The notes beneath the pieces are model-generated. The model was given only the letters and a program-made list of their open reading frames with translations, made no database searches and had not been told where the DNA came from. From contig JACPLW010000001.1 of NCBI GenBank assembly GCA_016186325.1, positions 187-64,186 on the forward strand: a stretch of DNA of 64,000 nucleotides, in the 5' to 3' direction. Source of the DNA: Parcubacteria group bacterium. GTDB lineage: Bacteria; Patescibacteriota; Minisyncoccia; UBA10092. Shown here one piece after another: positions 47,500 to 57,347 of this stretch. Position 1 is the first letter of the stretch. Each line of letters opens with the position of its first letter. The translations under genes were made by a program, and so were the position numbers.

Positions 47500-48140
47500 C
47501 AGTACTTTACTACACATCAAATAGAGAGGATGAATTTTTTGAGAATAAGGTTGTAGAAACAATAATACAGAACAAGGGAGGTTTGCCTGTGGTTTCTGTT
47601 TCTCAAAAACACATGAATTTTGGATATAATATCTGCGTGGGAACACAAGATAACTGCTACCATAATGAATTTCGCCAGATACAGTTAGGGTTGCTGGCCG
47701 TGAAGACGCCATATGTGATTATCGCCGAAGCAGATACGCTTTACCCGCCGGATTACTTTGCGTTCAGACCGCCAGAAAGAGGGCATGCTTATATGTATGA
47801 CAATGTATGGGTTCACTACACTCGATTCAACGGTAAACCTAAATTTTGGTTCAAAAAAAACAGTGATTGCGCTCAAGTAATCGACAGGAGTATGTGGTTG
47901 GAAAAGATCAATAAGGTCTTAGATTCGACCCCCAAATGGACATCAAAAGAAAATAAAGAATCTTATCGGATACAATATCGGGCAAATGGAGCGTGTATGT
48001 GGAACGGTAATCCGGTGGTCACATTCAAAACCCTCAATGGAGTTAAATCAAACACGGCTACCAAGAGGGGGGTTCCTCCACGATATAGCTTGCCATATTG
48101 GGGAAGCGCTATAGAACTTAGAAAACAAATGTTTACATGA
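47490..48140 (+). CDS. hypothetical protein, paralog family B (copy 1; paralog of 52085..52735)
   Basis: Shared YYTSNRE..FENK..VSQ..FG.NICVG motifs. Confidence 0.35.
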   Translation: MELTVLYYTSNREDEFFENKVVETIIQNKGGLPVVSVSQKHMNFGYNICVGTQDNCYHNEFRQIQLGLLAVKTPYVIIAEADTLYPPDYFAFRPPERGHAYMYDNVWVHYTRFNGKPKFWFKKNSDCAQVIDRSMWLEKINKVLDSTPKWTSKENKESYRIQYRANGACMWNGNPVVTFKTLNGVKSNTATKRGVPPRYSLPYWGSAIELRKQMFT

Positions 48141-48823
48141 AAAACTTAATGATTTACATAAATCCGTTAAAAGAATTTACCGAAGATTATATACGCCTGG
48201 TTAAGGTGCAGATAGATAATTCTATACGAACATGGGATAGAAAAGATATCTTATTGGTAACTAATTTCCCTTATTCCTACGGGGGGATTAATTCAATAGT
48301 GGTGCCCGATGACTTATTTTGTAACCATCGCAAAAGAGCCAGTAAGATAAATGTAATTTGCCACATGATGGATAACTACATGGTAGACGACATGTGCTGG
48401 TTTCATGATTTTGACGCGTATCAAGTTGATATATTTCCGGAAGATATATTAGGAAACAAAGACGCGGCCTTTACCGATTATGGGTTTAATACAATGTGGA
48501 ATACCGGAAGCTTCTTTTTTACCCAGAAAGCAAGGGATATTTTTGAACTTATCCGTCAGACTATGAACGCGAGGGTTGTAAATGAAGAAATAGCCTTAAG
48601 ATGGCTGACTTCTAGAAATATAAACAATATTAACGAACGGTATATAAAACTTAATAATACTTATAACTTGGGGCGAATGAGACACAATGAACTTACTTTT
48701 AAAAAAGCGGATAAACCCATTAAGGTATTCCATTTCCACCCCCGGATGACCCAGCTTTATGAAGAAGTTAAACCGCTTCTCCCAGATCATTTAATCGGAA
48801 TATTTGAAAAACATGGTTACTAA
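48137..48823 (+). CDS. putative glycosyltransferase (GT-A fold, HDFD DxD-like motif)
   Basis: 228 aa. Confidence 0.35.
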   Translation: MKNLMIYINPLKEFTEDYIRLVKVQIDNSIRTWDRKDILLVTNFPYSYGGINSIVVPDDLFCNHRKRASKINVICHMMDNYMVDDMCWFHDFDAYQVDIFPEDILGNKDAAFTDYGFNTMWNTGSFFFTQKARDIFELIRQTMNARVVNEEIALRWLTSRNINNINERYIKLNNTYNLGRMRHNELTFKKADKPIKVFHFHPRMTQLYEEVKPLLPDHLIGIFEKHGY

Positions 48824-48838
48824 AATTCATACTTCACA

Positions 48839-49492
48839 ATGGTAACGCTTCTTATAATGACAAATGGCCGCCGGGAATATCTAGAACGAACTTTGTCCAC
48901 ACTGGGGAAACTTCACGGTAATTTTTCGAGAATTCTGATTCATGACGATTCGGGAGATGAAGATTATCGTGATTGGCTTAAACAATTCGGCTACGAGCTT
49001 GCCACAACCCAGCGAGTCGGATTCACAAAGGCCATAGTTTCCGCATGGCAAAAACTCAAAGAAGATTCCAATGACTGGGTCTTCCACCTGGAAGACGACT
49101 TTATTTTTATGGAGGATATATATATTGACAACATGATTAATGTCATTAAAAATAACGACTATATCAAACAAATCGTGCTTCTCAGACAGCCGATCGGCAA
49201 CCGGGAGCGAAGAAAAGGAGGGATAATAGCTTCGCACCCTGAACGATATGAAGATAAAACTGACGGTACTAATTATTGGATAGAACATCGAGTTAATTAT
49301 TCTACCAATCCTTCTGTTTATAATAAATCTCTTATTTACGAACATCCTTGGCCAGATATGCCATATTCAGAACGTAAATACGGGCGAATGCTATTTAAGG
49401 ATCCAAATGCAAAATGCGCTTATTGGGGCAAAAGCACCGATAAGCCAAGAGTGATACATATAGGAGATGTTAGAAACGGATTTGGTTATTAA
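48839..49492 (+). CDS. GT2-like glycosyltransferase
   Basis: TLLIMTNGRREYLERTL N-terminus and an IHDDSGDED motif. Confidence 0.4.
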   Translation: MVTLLIMTNGRREYLERTLSTLGKLHGNFSRILIHDDSGDEDYRDWLKQFGYELATTQRVGFTKAIVSAWQKLKEDSNDWVFHLEDDFIFMEDIYIDNMINVIKNNDYIKQIVLLRQPIGNRERRKGGIIASHPERYEDKTDGTNYWIEHRVNYSTNPSVYNKSLIYEHPWPDMPYSERKYGRMLFKDPNAKCAYWGKSTDKPRVIHIGDVRNGFGY

Positions 49493-49495
49493 ATT

Positions 49496-50029
49496 ATGAA
49501 GTTTGATAAATACCGGAAAAAAGGGGCCTATCATTGGAAAATGTACGATGAGGACAGATATTACCGCGAGCATGCGCATAGGATAAAGGAGTGGGTAAAA
49601 GAAAAAAATATTCTCGATATCGGCGCCGGGGATGGGAGAATAACTCACCTTCTGGGTATAATAGGAGTAGACGATGAACCGGAGGCGGTAAGGTTAGCAA
49701 TAGAAAAGGGGGCAAATGTGGTGCTTGGCGACGCCTATAATCTGACTTATAAAGATGAAGAGTTTGACTCCGTGCTTTTGGTAGATACGCTGGAACATTT
49801 CGAATTTCCGGAAAAGGCGCTCAAGGAAGCAAGGAGGGTTCTCAAATATTATATCTACATCGCCACGCCGCCGAGAGGCATGCTGGGAAGAATGGATAAA
49901 TATCATTATCAGGAATGGACGGAAGAAGAGCTCGTAAAGTTTGTCGAAGGGCAAGGGTTTACTCTGGAAGGCCGGACGCTTCTTGTTTTGAAAGAGCAGT
50001 GCATCTATGCTAAGTTTAAAAAATTATAA
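49496..50029 (+). CDS. class I SAM-dependent methyltransferase
   Basis: ILDIGAGDGRIT motif I. Confidence 0.55.
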   Translation: MKFDKYRKKGAYHWKMYDEDRYYREHAHRIKEWVKEKNILDIGAGDGRITHLLGIIGVDDEPEAVRLAIEKGANVVLGDAYNLTYKDEEFDSVLLVDTLEHFEFPEKALKEARRVLKYYIYIATPPRGMLGRMDKYHYQEWTEEELVKFVEGQGFTLEGRTLLVLKEQCIYAKFKKL

Positions 50030-50032
50030 CTT

Positions 50033-50929
50033 ATGTTATCTGTAATAATTCCATCAAGAAGCGATGCTTATCTGCAAAAAACTGTAGATGATGTTTTAAA
50101 TAAGGCGAAAGGGGAGGTAGAAGTAGTTGTTGTGCTGGATGGTTATTGGCCCGGTACGATGGTAAGAGATGATAAGCGGGTTATAGTAATACACCACGGA
50201 GAACTACGTTCAAATTTCGGACTTCGAACGAGTGTAAATAGAGGCGTATTGGTTTCCAGAGGAAAATATATAATGAAAATAGACGACCATGTCGCTCTTG
50301 ATGAAGGATTTGATGTAAAGTTGGCCGCTGATTGTAAAGATGATTGGGTTGTTGTTCCAAGATTGTATGCATTAAAAGATGAAGGCTGGACCAAAGATAA
50401 CGCCGGCAGAGCGCCGTTTGACGCGGGATACGTGACATATCCTCTCAAAGATGGCACACTCTCCGGCAAGCCGTGGTCGGGGTGGCTTGAGAGCAGGAAA
50501 GAGATATTGATAGATGATTGCATGCTTTCGGCCGGAGCGTGCTATTTTATGAAACGGGAGCATTGGAATAAACTTGGCCTGCTTGATGAAAAGAATTATG
50601 GCGCCTTTCCATCTTTTGAGAACTTGGAGGTATGCCTCAAGACATGGCTAGGCGGCGGCAGAGTGGTAACAAATAAAAAAACCTGGTGCGCGCATAGATG
50701 GGGAGAAAGGGGACCCAAACATAAAGGTTGGGATTATTCAAATGAACAAGTCAGAAAAATACACGAGAATAGACGTGCGGCAATAAATTATACGAACGAT
50801 TTTTGGTTAAACAACAAATGGCCGGACAGAATCTACGATTTTGACTGGCTTATAGATAAATTCTGGCCGGTTCCCGACTGGCCCGAGAATTGGAAAGAAG
50901 AAATAAGAAAATGGTCACAGCAGCCATAA
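50033..50929 (+). CDS. GT-A-fold glycosyltransferase-like protein, paralog family A (copy 3)
   Basis: MLSVIIPSRSD...VVLDGY with the shared C-terminal motif. Confidence 0.5.
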   Translation: MLSVIIPSRSDAYLQKTVDDVLNKAKGEVEVVVVLDGYWPGTMVRDDKRVIVIHHGELRSNFGLRTSVNRGVLVSRGKYIMKIDDHVALDEGFDVKLAADCKDDWVVVPRLYALKDEGWTKDNAGRAPFDAGYVTYPLKDGTLSGKPWSGWLESRKEILIDDCMLSAGACYFMKREHWNKLGLLDEKNYGAFPSFENLEVCLKTWLGGGRVVTNKKTWCAHRWGERGPKHKGWDYSNEQVRKIHENRRAAINYTNDFWLNNKWPDRIYDFDWLIDKFWPVPDWPENWKEEIRKWSQQP

Positions 50930-50938
50930 TTACAATAT

Positions 50939-51430
50939 ATGGGTAAAAATATAATTGAATGGGGGACTCACTTGCCGCTCTTGGTGAGAATGTTTGATAA
51001 AACCGAAGGCGATGTTTTGGAGATGGGAATGGGGCATTTTTCCACTCCGGTATTAAAATGGCTTTGCGAGATGAGCGGAAGAACTTTGTATTCCTATGAA
51101 AGCAAAATGGATTGGTATGAAAAAGCTGCTAGCGAAAGCAAGCCTTTTCATAAAGTGATTTTTTGCCAAGATTGGGCAAGCGCGGATATAGAACGGCATT
51201 GGGGGCTGGCTTTTATAGACCATAGTCCGATGAGGGAAAGATATATTGACATAAAAAGGCTGGCCAATTATGCCGACATTATTGTCATACATGATACGCA
51301 ACCGCAAAGCGACTGGGTTTATCGCTACAGCAAAATTTTCCCTTTATTCAAATACCGTCTGGATTTTTCTAAATATATTCCCTGGACAAGCGCGGTCAGT
51401 AATTTTATAGATGTTTCAAAACTTGGTTAA
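50939..51430 (+). CDS. hypothetical protein (possible methyltransferase-like)
   Basis: VLEMGMGHFST. Confidence 0.3.
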   Translation: MGKNIIEWGTHLPLLVRMFDKTEGDVLEMGMGHFSTPVLKWLCEMSGRTLYSYESKMDWYEKAASESKPFHKVIFCQDWASADIERHWGLAFIDHSPMRERYIDIKRLANYADIIVIHDTQPQSDWVYRYSKIFPLFKYRLDFSKYIPWTSAVSNFIDVSKLG

Positions 51431-51443
51431 AAAAATTCTCGAT

Positions 51444-52088
51444 ATAAATATGAAAAAAGTCTGTCTTGACCTCCACGATTTTAGTGTTGTGAATAATCGG
51501 CTAGACCTTTTGTTGAAACTTAAGGAGCATTTTCCCGGCTTTAAAATTTCTCTTTTTACCGTCGCTTCGGATATAAGCGCGGATTGGGGGCCGTTTTGTA
51601 TTCGGAAAGATATGCTCAAAGAAATCAAAAAACATCTTGATTGGATACAGATAATTCCGCACGGTTTAACCCATAATAAAGATCTGGAATTCTGCGATTA
51701 CGATATTTTCAAGTATGAAATTATGCCGGCCGTTACAGCTGCTTTTGAAAAGGACGGTCTGCCTTTTCAAAAAGGTTTCTGCGCGCCCCATTGGAGGTGG
51801 AGCGAGGGCGTGGTGAGGGCGCTGGATGAAGAAGGATGGTGGGGAGCGGTGGACAGAAACCAGCCCCAAATGCTTTCTACCAAAAAGTTTTATAAATGGT
51901 CGCATAGTTTGCATGAGCCTTACCATGATTTTAATACTGAAGTTTTAAAACTTCACGGCCATGTTTATGGACTCAAAAATGATTTAGGCAAATGCCTTCC
52001 CGCTTTATTAAAACTGCCCCAATCGGTTGAGTGGCATTTTGTGACTGATTTTTTGGAAGACTTAAATGGGGGACAATTACACGCATGA
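51444..52088 (+). CDS. hypothetical protein
   Basis: The internal ATG (MKKVCLDLHDF) is preferred over the track start at 51411. Confidence 0.3.
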   Translation: MNMKKVCLDLHDFSVVNNRLDLLLKLKEHFPGFKISLFTVASDISADWGPFCIRKDMLKEIKKHLDWIQIIPHGLTHNKDLEFCDYDIFKYEIMPAVTAAFEKDGLPFQKGFCAPHWRWSEGVVRALDEEGWWGAVDRNQPQMLSTKKFYKWSHSLHEPYHDFNTEVLKLHGHVYGLKNDLGKCLPALLKLPQSVEWHFVTDFLEDLNGGQLHA

Positions 52089-52735
52089 AACCAGCGATAA
52101 TATATTACACATCAAACAGGGAAAAAGAAGAGTTTGAAAACAAAATCAGGCAGAATATCCTGAATGTTTGTGGCGGAATACCTATTATTTCCGTATCCCA
52201 AAGGCCAATAGATTTCGGAAAAAATATATGTGTCGGCGAAGTCGGCATTAATGACGATAATTTATTCAGGCAAGTCCAAATTGCTTGTCAGAACACGGAT
52301 GCCGATTACATAATATCTACGGAGTCGGATGTCATTTATCCCAAGGATTACTTCAAATTTATTCCCTCGCGCCTGGATCAAGTTTACAGAAGCGACAACA
52401 TATGGATTTTATACAAAACAAGGCCGGGGTATCATAAAAAAGAATATTCTGAAGGGGGCCAGATAATCGGTAGGGAATTTTATCTATCTATACTTGAAGA
52501 GGCGCTTCAAAATTTGCCCATGTGGAATCATTCCACCTTGTATGTTAACGGAGGTTCCAATAAAATAAGAAATCCTTTCGTAAAATTTAGATGGGAATAT
52601 TTTCATACCGACCCTATCATAAGCGTAAAAACCGGCGATGGGTTAAGGCATTTCGGAGGAATGTCGCATGGGCGCGAAGAAGACCTGCCTATTTGGGGAA
52701 ATCATGAAAAATTAAAAAAAGAATTCTTTATTTAA
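52085..52735 (+). CDS. hypothetical protein, paralog family B (copy 2)
   Basis: Paralog of 47490..48140. Confidence 0.35.
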   Translation: MKPAIIYYTSNREKEEFENKIRQNILNVCGGIPIISVSQRPIDFGKNICVGEVGINDDNLFRQVQIACQNTDADYIISTESDVIYPKDYFKFIPSRLDQVYRSDNIWILYKTRPGYHKKEYSEGGQIIGREFYLSILEEALQNLPMWNHSTLYVNGGSNKIRNPFVKFRWEYFHTDPIISVKTGDGLRHFGGMSHGREEDLPIWGNHEKLKKEFFI

Positions 52736-53341
52736 ATGGATACGCTAAATTTTATTTGCAATCGATATAAAATTGATTTAAACGAAACTTCGTCTCCAAT
52801 TAAAATACCCGTGAGCCGGTGGCATGACATGGGTTGTTTATTCAACGATCTAGGATTTAGAAAAGGAGTTGAATTGGGGGTATATAGAGGGAACTTCACG
52901 AGTAGGATAGCTAAGAAAGCTCCCAATTTGGAGTTGATAGGCGTTGACGCTTGGACTGCTTACCCCGGTTACAATGATTATGACGCAAAGGACTTAGAAA
53001 ATGAGGCCTATGTTGAAGCGATGGCAAGGACCAAAGGATATAAAAATGTAAAATTTATCAAAGGCTGGTCTCTCGATGTCGTTAAGCGGTTTGAGAACGA
53101 GTCGCTGGATTTTGTCTTTATTGACGCAAACCATAATTACGAATATGTGGTTGCCGATATCGCGTCTTGGAGCAAGAAAGTCCGCAAAGGAGGCCTGGTG
53201 TTGGGACATGATTATTTTAAAAATCGCAAGTATAATTTTGGAGTCGTAGAAGCCGTAAATGGCTGGTGTTCCGCTTATGACATAAAACCATTATTTACGT
53301 GGGCGGATAAATGTCCATCGTGGATGTATGTAAAAAGATAA
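52736..53341 (+). CDS. class I SAM-dependent O-methyltransferase (TylF/MycF-like)
   Basis: VELGVYRGNFT and FIDANHNYEYV motifs. Confidence 0.5.
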   Translation: MDTLNFICNRYKIDLNETSSPIKIPVSRWHDMGCLFNDLGFRKGVELGVYRGNFTSRIAKKAPNLELIGVDAWTAYPGYNDYDAKDLENEAYVEAMARTKGYKNVKFIKGWSLDVVKRFENESLDFVFIDANHNYEYVVADIASWSKKVRKGGLVLGHDYFKNRKYNFGVVEAVNGWCSAYDIKPLFTWADKCPSWMYVKR

Positions 53342-53342
53342 T

Positions 53343-54089
53343 ATGAATCCGACTAAAATATCCATTATTATAGCGATTTATAATAGCCATGGAGCTGTGG
53401 CCAGGCAAGTGAAGCATTTCAAGGCGATGAATTTGCCGGATGATATTGAGTTTATTTTTATGGACGATGGCAGCAACCCGCCGCATAAAATTGAGGATTA
53501 CGAACTTTCGAACCTGCGCATTCATTACACTAACGATAAGCGTCCTTGGACCCAAGGTCTGGCCCGCAATGCCGGCGCCAAATTAGCGAAGGGAGAGTAT
53601 CTTTTTTTTACAGATATTGACCACATAATTTCAAAAGAAGCTATTGAAGCGGTTTATGAATTTACGGGCGATAAAATGGTTTTTCCGCGCCACTTCGGAG
53701 TTTTACTGGAAGACGGCGTTCTTTCCCAAGAGCCATCAGTTTTAGAAGAGTATGGCATGGATATGGGAAGGCTGAAAACTGAAAGGGGCTTATACGCCAG
53801 CGTTCACGGGAATACTTATGCTATAAAAAAGACGACATTCGAAAGGATTGGGGGCTATTCGGCCAGATACTGCACTTACGGCCACCACGCTCCTTCAAGA
53901 GGAGGAGAAGACGGTCATTTTAATCATTTGTGGAATCGTTATGCCAAAGCTAACGGTATACAATCAATTTGGGGCCCCAAGATATATATTTTCCCAATCG
54001 GCCAATATCATGTGCGAGGTGATTTAAATCCCAAAGGTTTATTTCATAATTTAAGCCATGATCAGGCCCCGCAGCCTCTAAAAGAATGA
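53343..54089 (+). CDS. GT2-family glycosyltransferase
   Basis: ISIIIAIYNS...IFMDDGSNPP. Confidence 0.5.
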   Translation: MNPTKISIIIAIYNSHGAVARQVKHFKAMNLPDDIEFIFMDDGSNPPHKIEDYELSNLRIHYTNDKRPWTQGLARNAGAKLAKGEYLFFTDIDHIISKEAIEAVYEFTGDKMVFPRHFGVLLEDGVLSQEPSVLEEYGMDMGRLKTERGLYASVHGNTYAIKKTTFERIGGYSARYCTYGHHAPSRGGEDGHFNHLWNRYAKANGIQSIWGPKIYIFPIGQYHVRGDLNPKGLFHNLSHDQAPQPLKE

Positions 54090-54101
54090 AAATCGTAATT
54101 T

Positions 54102-55769
54102 ATGAAATACAACCTAAGCATTCTTATCCCCGCTCGCAACGAAGAATTCCTCAAAAAAACAATTGAGGATATTTTGAGCAACATTGAAGGAAATACGGAA
54201 ATTATCGCCGTCTTAGACGGCTATGAGACAGAACTGCCGGACGATCCAAGATTGAAAGTAATATGCAATCCGGAAAGCAAGGGCCAACGGGCCGCTACCA
54301 ACCAGGCCTGCCGGCTTTCGGAAGCAAAATATATAATGAAATGCGACGCTCATTGCGCTTTTGACAAAGGATTTGACGTCAAGATGACAGCCGAAATGAA
54401 AGATAACTGGACGATGATTCCGGTTATGAGGAATCTCCATGCTTTTAATTGGGTTTGTCCGGACGGGCATAGCAGATACCAAAGTCCTTCCGGCCCGTGC
54501 AAAGAGTGCGGCAAGCCCACAATCAAGGATGTGGTCTGGATAGCGAAAACAAACCCGCAAAGCACCGCTTATTGTTTTGATCAGGAACCGCATTTCCAAT
54601 ATTTCAGAGGATTCAAAAAGCGTCCCGAATATAAAAAAGATTTAGAAATAAATTTAACGGAAACAATGTCTATTCAGGGCTCTTGTTTCATGCTTACTCG
54701 CGACAAATACTGGGAACTAAATATTTGTGACGAATCTTTCGGCTCATGGGGTTCGCAGGGGATTGAAGTGGCATGTAAAACATGGCTTTCAGGAGGCAGG
54801 GTAGTGGTTAATCACAAAACATGGTATGCCCACATGTTCAGGACGCAGGGCGGCGATTTTGGTTTTCCTTATGAGAACCCGGGCAGTAAAGTCCAGCAGG
54901 CGAAGAAAACGGTAAGAGAAATATTTTTTGATAATAAATGGGACAAGCAAATCCGCCCGTTGTCATGGCTTATAGAAAAATTTTGGCCGGTGCCGGGCTG
55001 GACGGAAGAGATGAGAGCAAAAATCAAGGCCTGGCCGCTTCAGAATCAAAATCGTGGAATCAATGTTTCCACGATTTCGCCGGTCGCGCCGACTAAGGGC
55101 ATATTGTATTATTCGGACAACCGGCTAAATATCAAATTTGCCAAAACTATCAAGAAACAGATCGCAAAATCGGGGCTCAATATCACGTCAGTTACATTGA
55201 AGCCTACTAACTTCGGCACCAATTTTGTAGTAAGCGGGGAAAAGGGATATAAAACAATGTATAAGCAGATTCTCAAAGGTTTGGAAGAGATAAAGGAAGA
55301 CATCGTTTTTCTATGCGAGCATGATGTTCTGTACCACCCGAATCATTTCCTCTTTACCCCAACCGACAAAAACACTTTTTACTATAACGGCAACTATTGG
55401 TTTTTAAGACAGAAAGATGGCTTCGCGGTTCATTATAATGCCTCGCCTTTATCGGGGCTGGTGGTTTATCGGGAGGCGGCCATAAAACATTTCAGGGAGC
55501 GGGTAGAAATGATAGAAAAACTTGGCAACGATTATAGGCCTCGCCACATGGGTTTTGAGCCGTTTACGCACGGCAGGATTAGATGGAATTTTTGGTGTAA
55601 TTTTGAAAACTTTATGCCGGCGTTTCCTAATATAGATGTTTCTCACGGAGAAAATTCCACTTGGAAGCGCTGGAATCAAAAAGATTTCAGGCGCAAGCCG
55701 ACATTCTGGGAGGAGGGAAATATAGATACTATCCCCGGTTGGGATAATGTCAGAAAGTTGTTGGGGTAA
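54102..55769 (+). CDS. GT-A-fold glycosyltransferase-like protein, paralog family A (copy 4, with ~250-aa C-terminal extension)
   Basis: LSILIPARNEEFLKKT...AVLDGY. The last ~105 bp are duplicated at 57148-57262. Confidence 0.5.
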   Translation: MKYNLSILIPARNEEFLKKTIEDILSNIEGNTEIIAVLDGYETELPDDPRLKVICNPESKGQRAATNQACRLSEAKYIMKCDAHCAFDKGFDVKMTAEMKDNWTMIPVMRNLHAFNWVCPDGHSRYQSPSGPCKECGKPTIKDVVWIAKTNPQSTAYCFDQEPHFQYFRGFKKRPEYKKDLEINLTETMSIQGSCFMLTRDKYWELNICDESFGSWGSQGIEVACKTWLSGGRVVVNHKTWYAHMFRTQGGDFGFPYENPGSKVQQAKKTVREIFFDNKWDKQIRPLSWLIEKFWPVPGWTEEMRAKIKAWPLQNQNRGINVSTISPVAPTKGILYYSDNRLNIKFAKTIKKQIAKSGLNITSVTLKPTNFGTNFVVSGEKGYKTMYKQILKGLEEIKEDIVFLCEHDVLYHPNHFLFTPTDKNTFYYNGNYWFLRQKDGFAVHYNASPLSGLVVYREAAIKHFRERVEMIEKLGNDYRPRHMGFEPFTHGRIRWNFWCNFENFMPAFPNIDVSHGENSTWKRWNQKDFRRKPTFWEEGNIDTIPGWDNVRKLLG

Positions 55770-55845
55770 GTAAATACTCCTTATCCACAGCTAAAACTTG
55801 TGTTTTTTCGAAATACCGATTACAATTGAACTGGAGGTAACACCC

Positions 55846-56451
55846 ATGGTAGCTTCCAGTCCACATATGCAAAAATCAGAAATATTGAATATTTTAAGGG
55901 CGAACAACACAGTCTTCACATTCAAGGAGATTCTTTTGGCATCCGAAGGAACAAACACCTTGTTATTAAAAAGAAGGTTGAATTATTATGTCAAAAAAGG
56001 TGAATTATACTCAATCCGGAGAGGATTTTATGCCAAGGACAAAAACTACGATAAGCTTGAATTAGCGACTAAGATTTACACCCCTTCCTATATAAGTTTT
56101 GAGACGGTTTTAAGACAGGCCGGTATGATATTTCAGTATTATGAGAGAATTTTTATTGCCTCATACATTACCCGAGAAATTACTGCCGATAATCAGACCT
56201 ATGAATATAGGAGAGTAAAAGATACTATTTTGACCAATTCTGTTGGCATAGAAAAGAAAGAATATTACTCCATTGCTTCTCCCGAGCGCGCATTTCTTGA
56301 TGTGTTGTATGTTAGTAAGGATTATTATTTTGATAATTTGCGTTCTTTAAATTGGGATAAAGTGTTTGAACTGCTTCCTATTTACGCAAATAAACGAATG
56401 GAAAAAGTTGTAAATAAAATATTCAATGGCGCTCAACATCGCAATTCATAA
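55846..56451 (+). CDS. type IV toxin-antitoxin system AbiEi-family antitoxin
   Basis: ~200 aa with a wHTH N-terminus. RBS GGAGGT lies 8 nt upstream of the ATG at 55846, and the 3' end overlaps the downstream toxin gene. Confidence 0.5.
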   Translation: MVASSPHMQKSEILNILRANNTVFTFKEILLASEGTNTLLLKRRLNYYVKKGELYSIRRGFYAKDKNYDKLELATKIYTPSYISFETVLRQAGMIFQYYERIFIASYITREITADNQTYEYRRVKDTILTNSVGIEKKEYYSIASPERAFLDVLYVSKDYYFDNLRSLNWDKVFELLPIYANKRMEKVVNKIFNGAQHRNS

Positions 56452-57142
56452 GAATATCATGATTAAGATATTGAAAGATATTTACTCCGATGCTACTATC
56501 GGTCCCATTTTAGCTTTCAAGGGTGGGACGGCGGCATATTTATTTTACGAATTAGATCGTTTTTCGGTGGACTTGGATTTTGACCTCTTGGATGCTGAAA
56601 AAGAAGATTATGTCTTTGAAAGAGTCAGAAATATTTTAGAGAAATATGGCACATTGAAAGAGGCCAGCAAGAAAAGATTTAATCTGTTTTACTTGCTCTC
56701 ATATTCTGAAAAAATTAAAGGTGGACAGAATATTAAGCTTGAAATAAATCGGAGGGATTTTAATTCTAAATATGAAGTAAGGTCGTATCTAGGTATTCCC
56801 ATGAAAATAATGGTGCGAGAAGATATGGCGGCTCACAAGATAGTCGCGATGTTTGAGAGATTTGGCACTACGAATCGCGACATCTTTGATGTTTGGTTTT
56901 TCTTGCAGAATGACTGGCCGGTCAACAAAGAGATTATAGAAAAACGAACCGGCATGTTGTTCAGGGAACTTTTAGAAAAATGTATTGAACTGCTTGAAAA
57001 GATGGACAACGGCAGCATATTATCTGGTATGGGAGAGCTTTTGACTCCAAAACAAAAAGATTGGGCCAGGGCAAAGCTTCGAACTGACACTATCTTTCTT
57101 TTAAAATTAAGATTAGAAAACGAAAAATCAATGAAATTCTAG
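56426..57142 (+). CDS. AbiEii/AbiGii-family nucleotidyltransferase toxin (DUF1814)
   Basis: FKGGTAAYLFY...RFSVDLDFD matches the AbiEii GGTA...R.S.DLDF nucleotidyltransferase motif. Confidence 0.55.
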   Translation: MALNIAIHKNIMIKILKDIYSDATIGPILAFKGGTAAYLFYELDRFSVDLDFDLLDAEKEDYVFERVRNILEKYGTLKEASKKRFNLFYLLSYSEKIKGGQNIKLEINRRDFNSKYEVRSYLGIPMKIMVREDMAAHKIVAMFERFGTTNRDIFDVWFFLQNDWPVNKEIIEKRTGMLFRELLEKCIELLEKMDNGSILSGMGELLTPKQKDWARAKLRTDTIFLLKLRLENEKSMKF

Positions 57143-57147
57143 TCGGA

Positions 57148-57262
57148 GAAGCGCTGGAATCAAAAAGATTTCAGGCGCAAGCCGACATTCTGGGAAGAAG
57201 GAAATATAAACACCATTCCCGGTTGGGATAATGCGAGGAAGCTGTTATCAAGAAGCCAATAA
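57148..57262 (+). pseudogene. orphan duplicate of the 3' end of the 54102..55769 gene
   Basis: ~85-90% nucleotide identity to 55664-55769. Translates as EKRWNQKDFRRKPTFWEEGNINTIPGWDNARKLL. Confidence 0.6.
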
Positions 57263-57272
57263 AATTAAAAAT

Positions 57273-57293
57273 TAAGGACGTCCGACGTCCTTA
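57273..57293. repeat. 21-bp palindrome TAAGGACGTC-C-GACGTCCTTA (copy 2), preceded by AAATTAAAAAT
   Basis: Seen in sequence. Confidence 0.8.
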
Positions 57294-57347
57294 ATATTGG
57301 CCTACTTAAATTGTTTATTATTAACATGTAACATAATGGTAAAAAAC

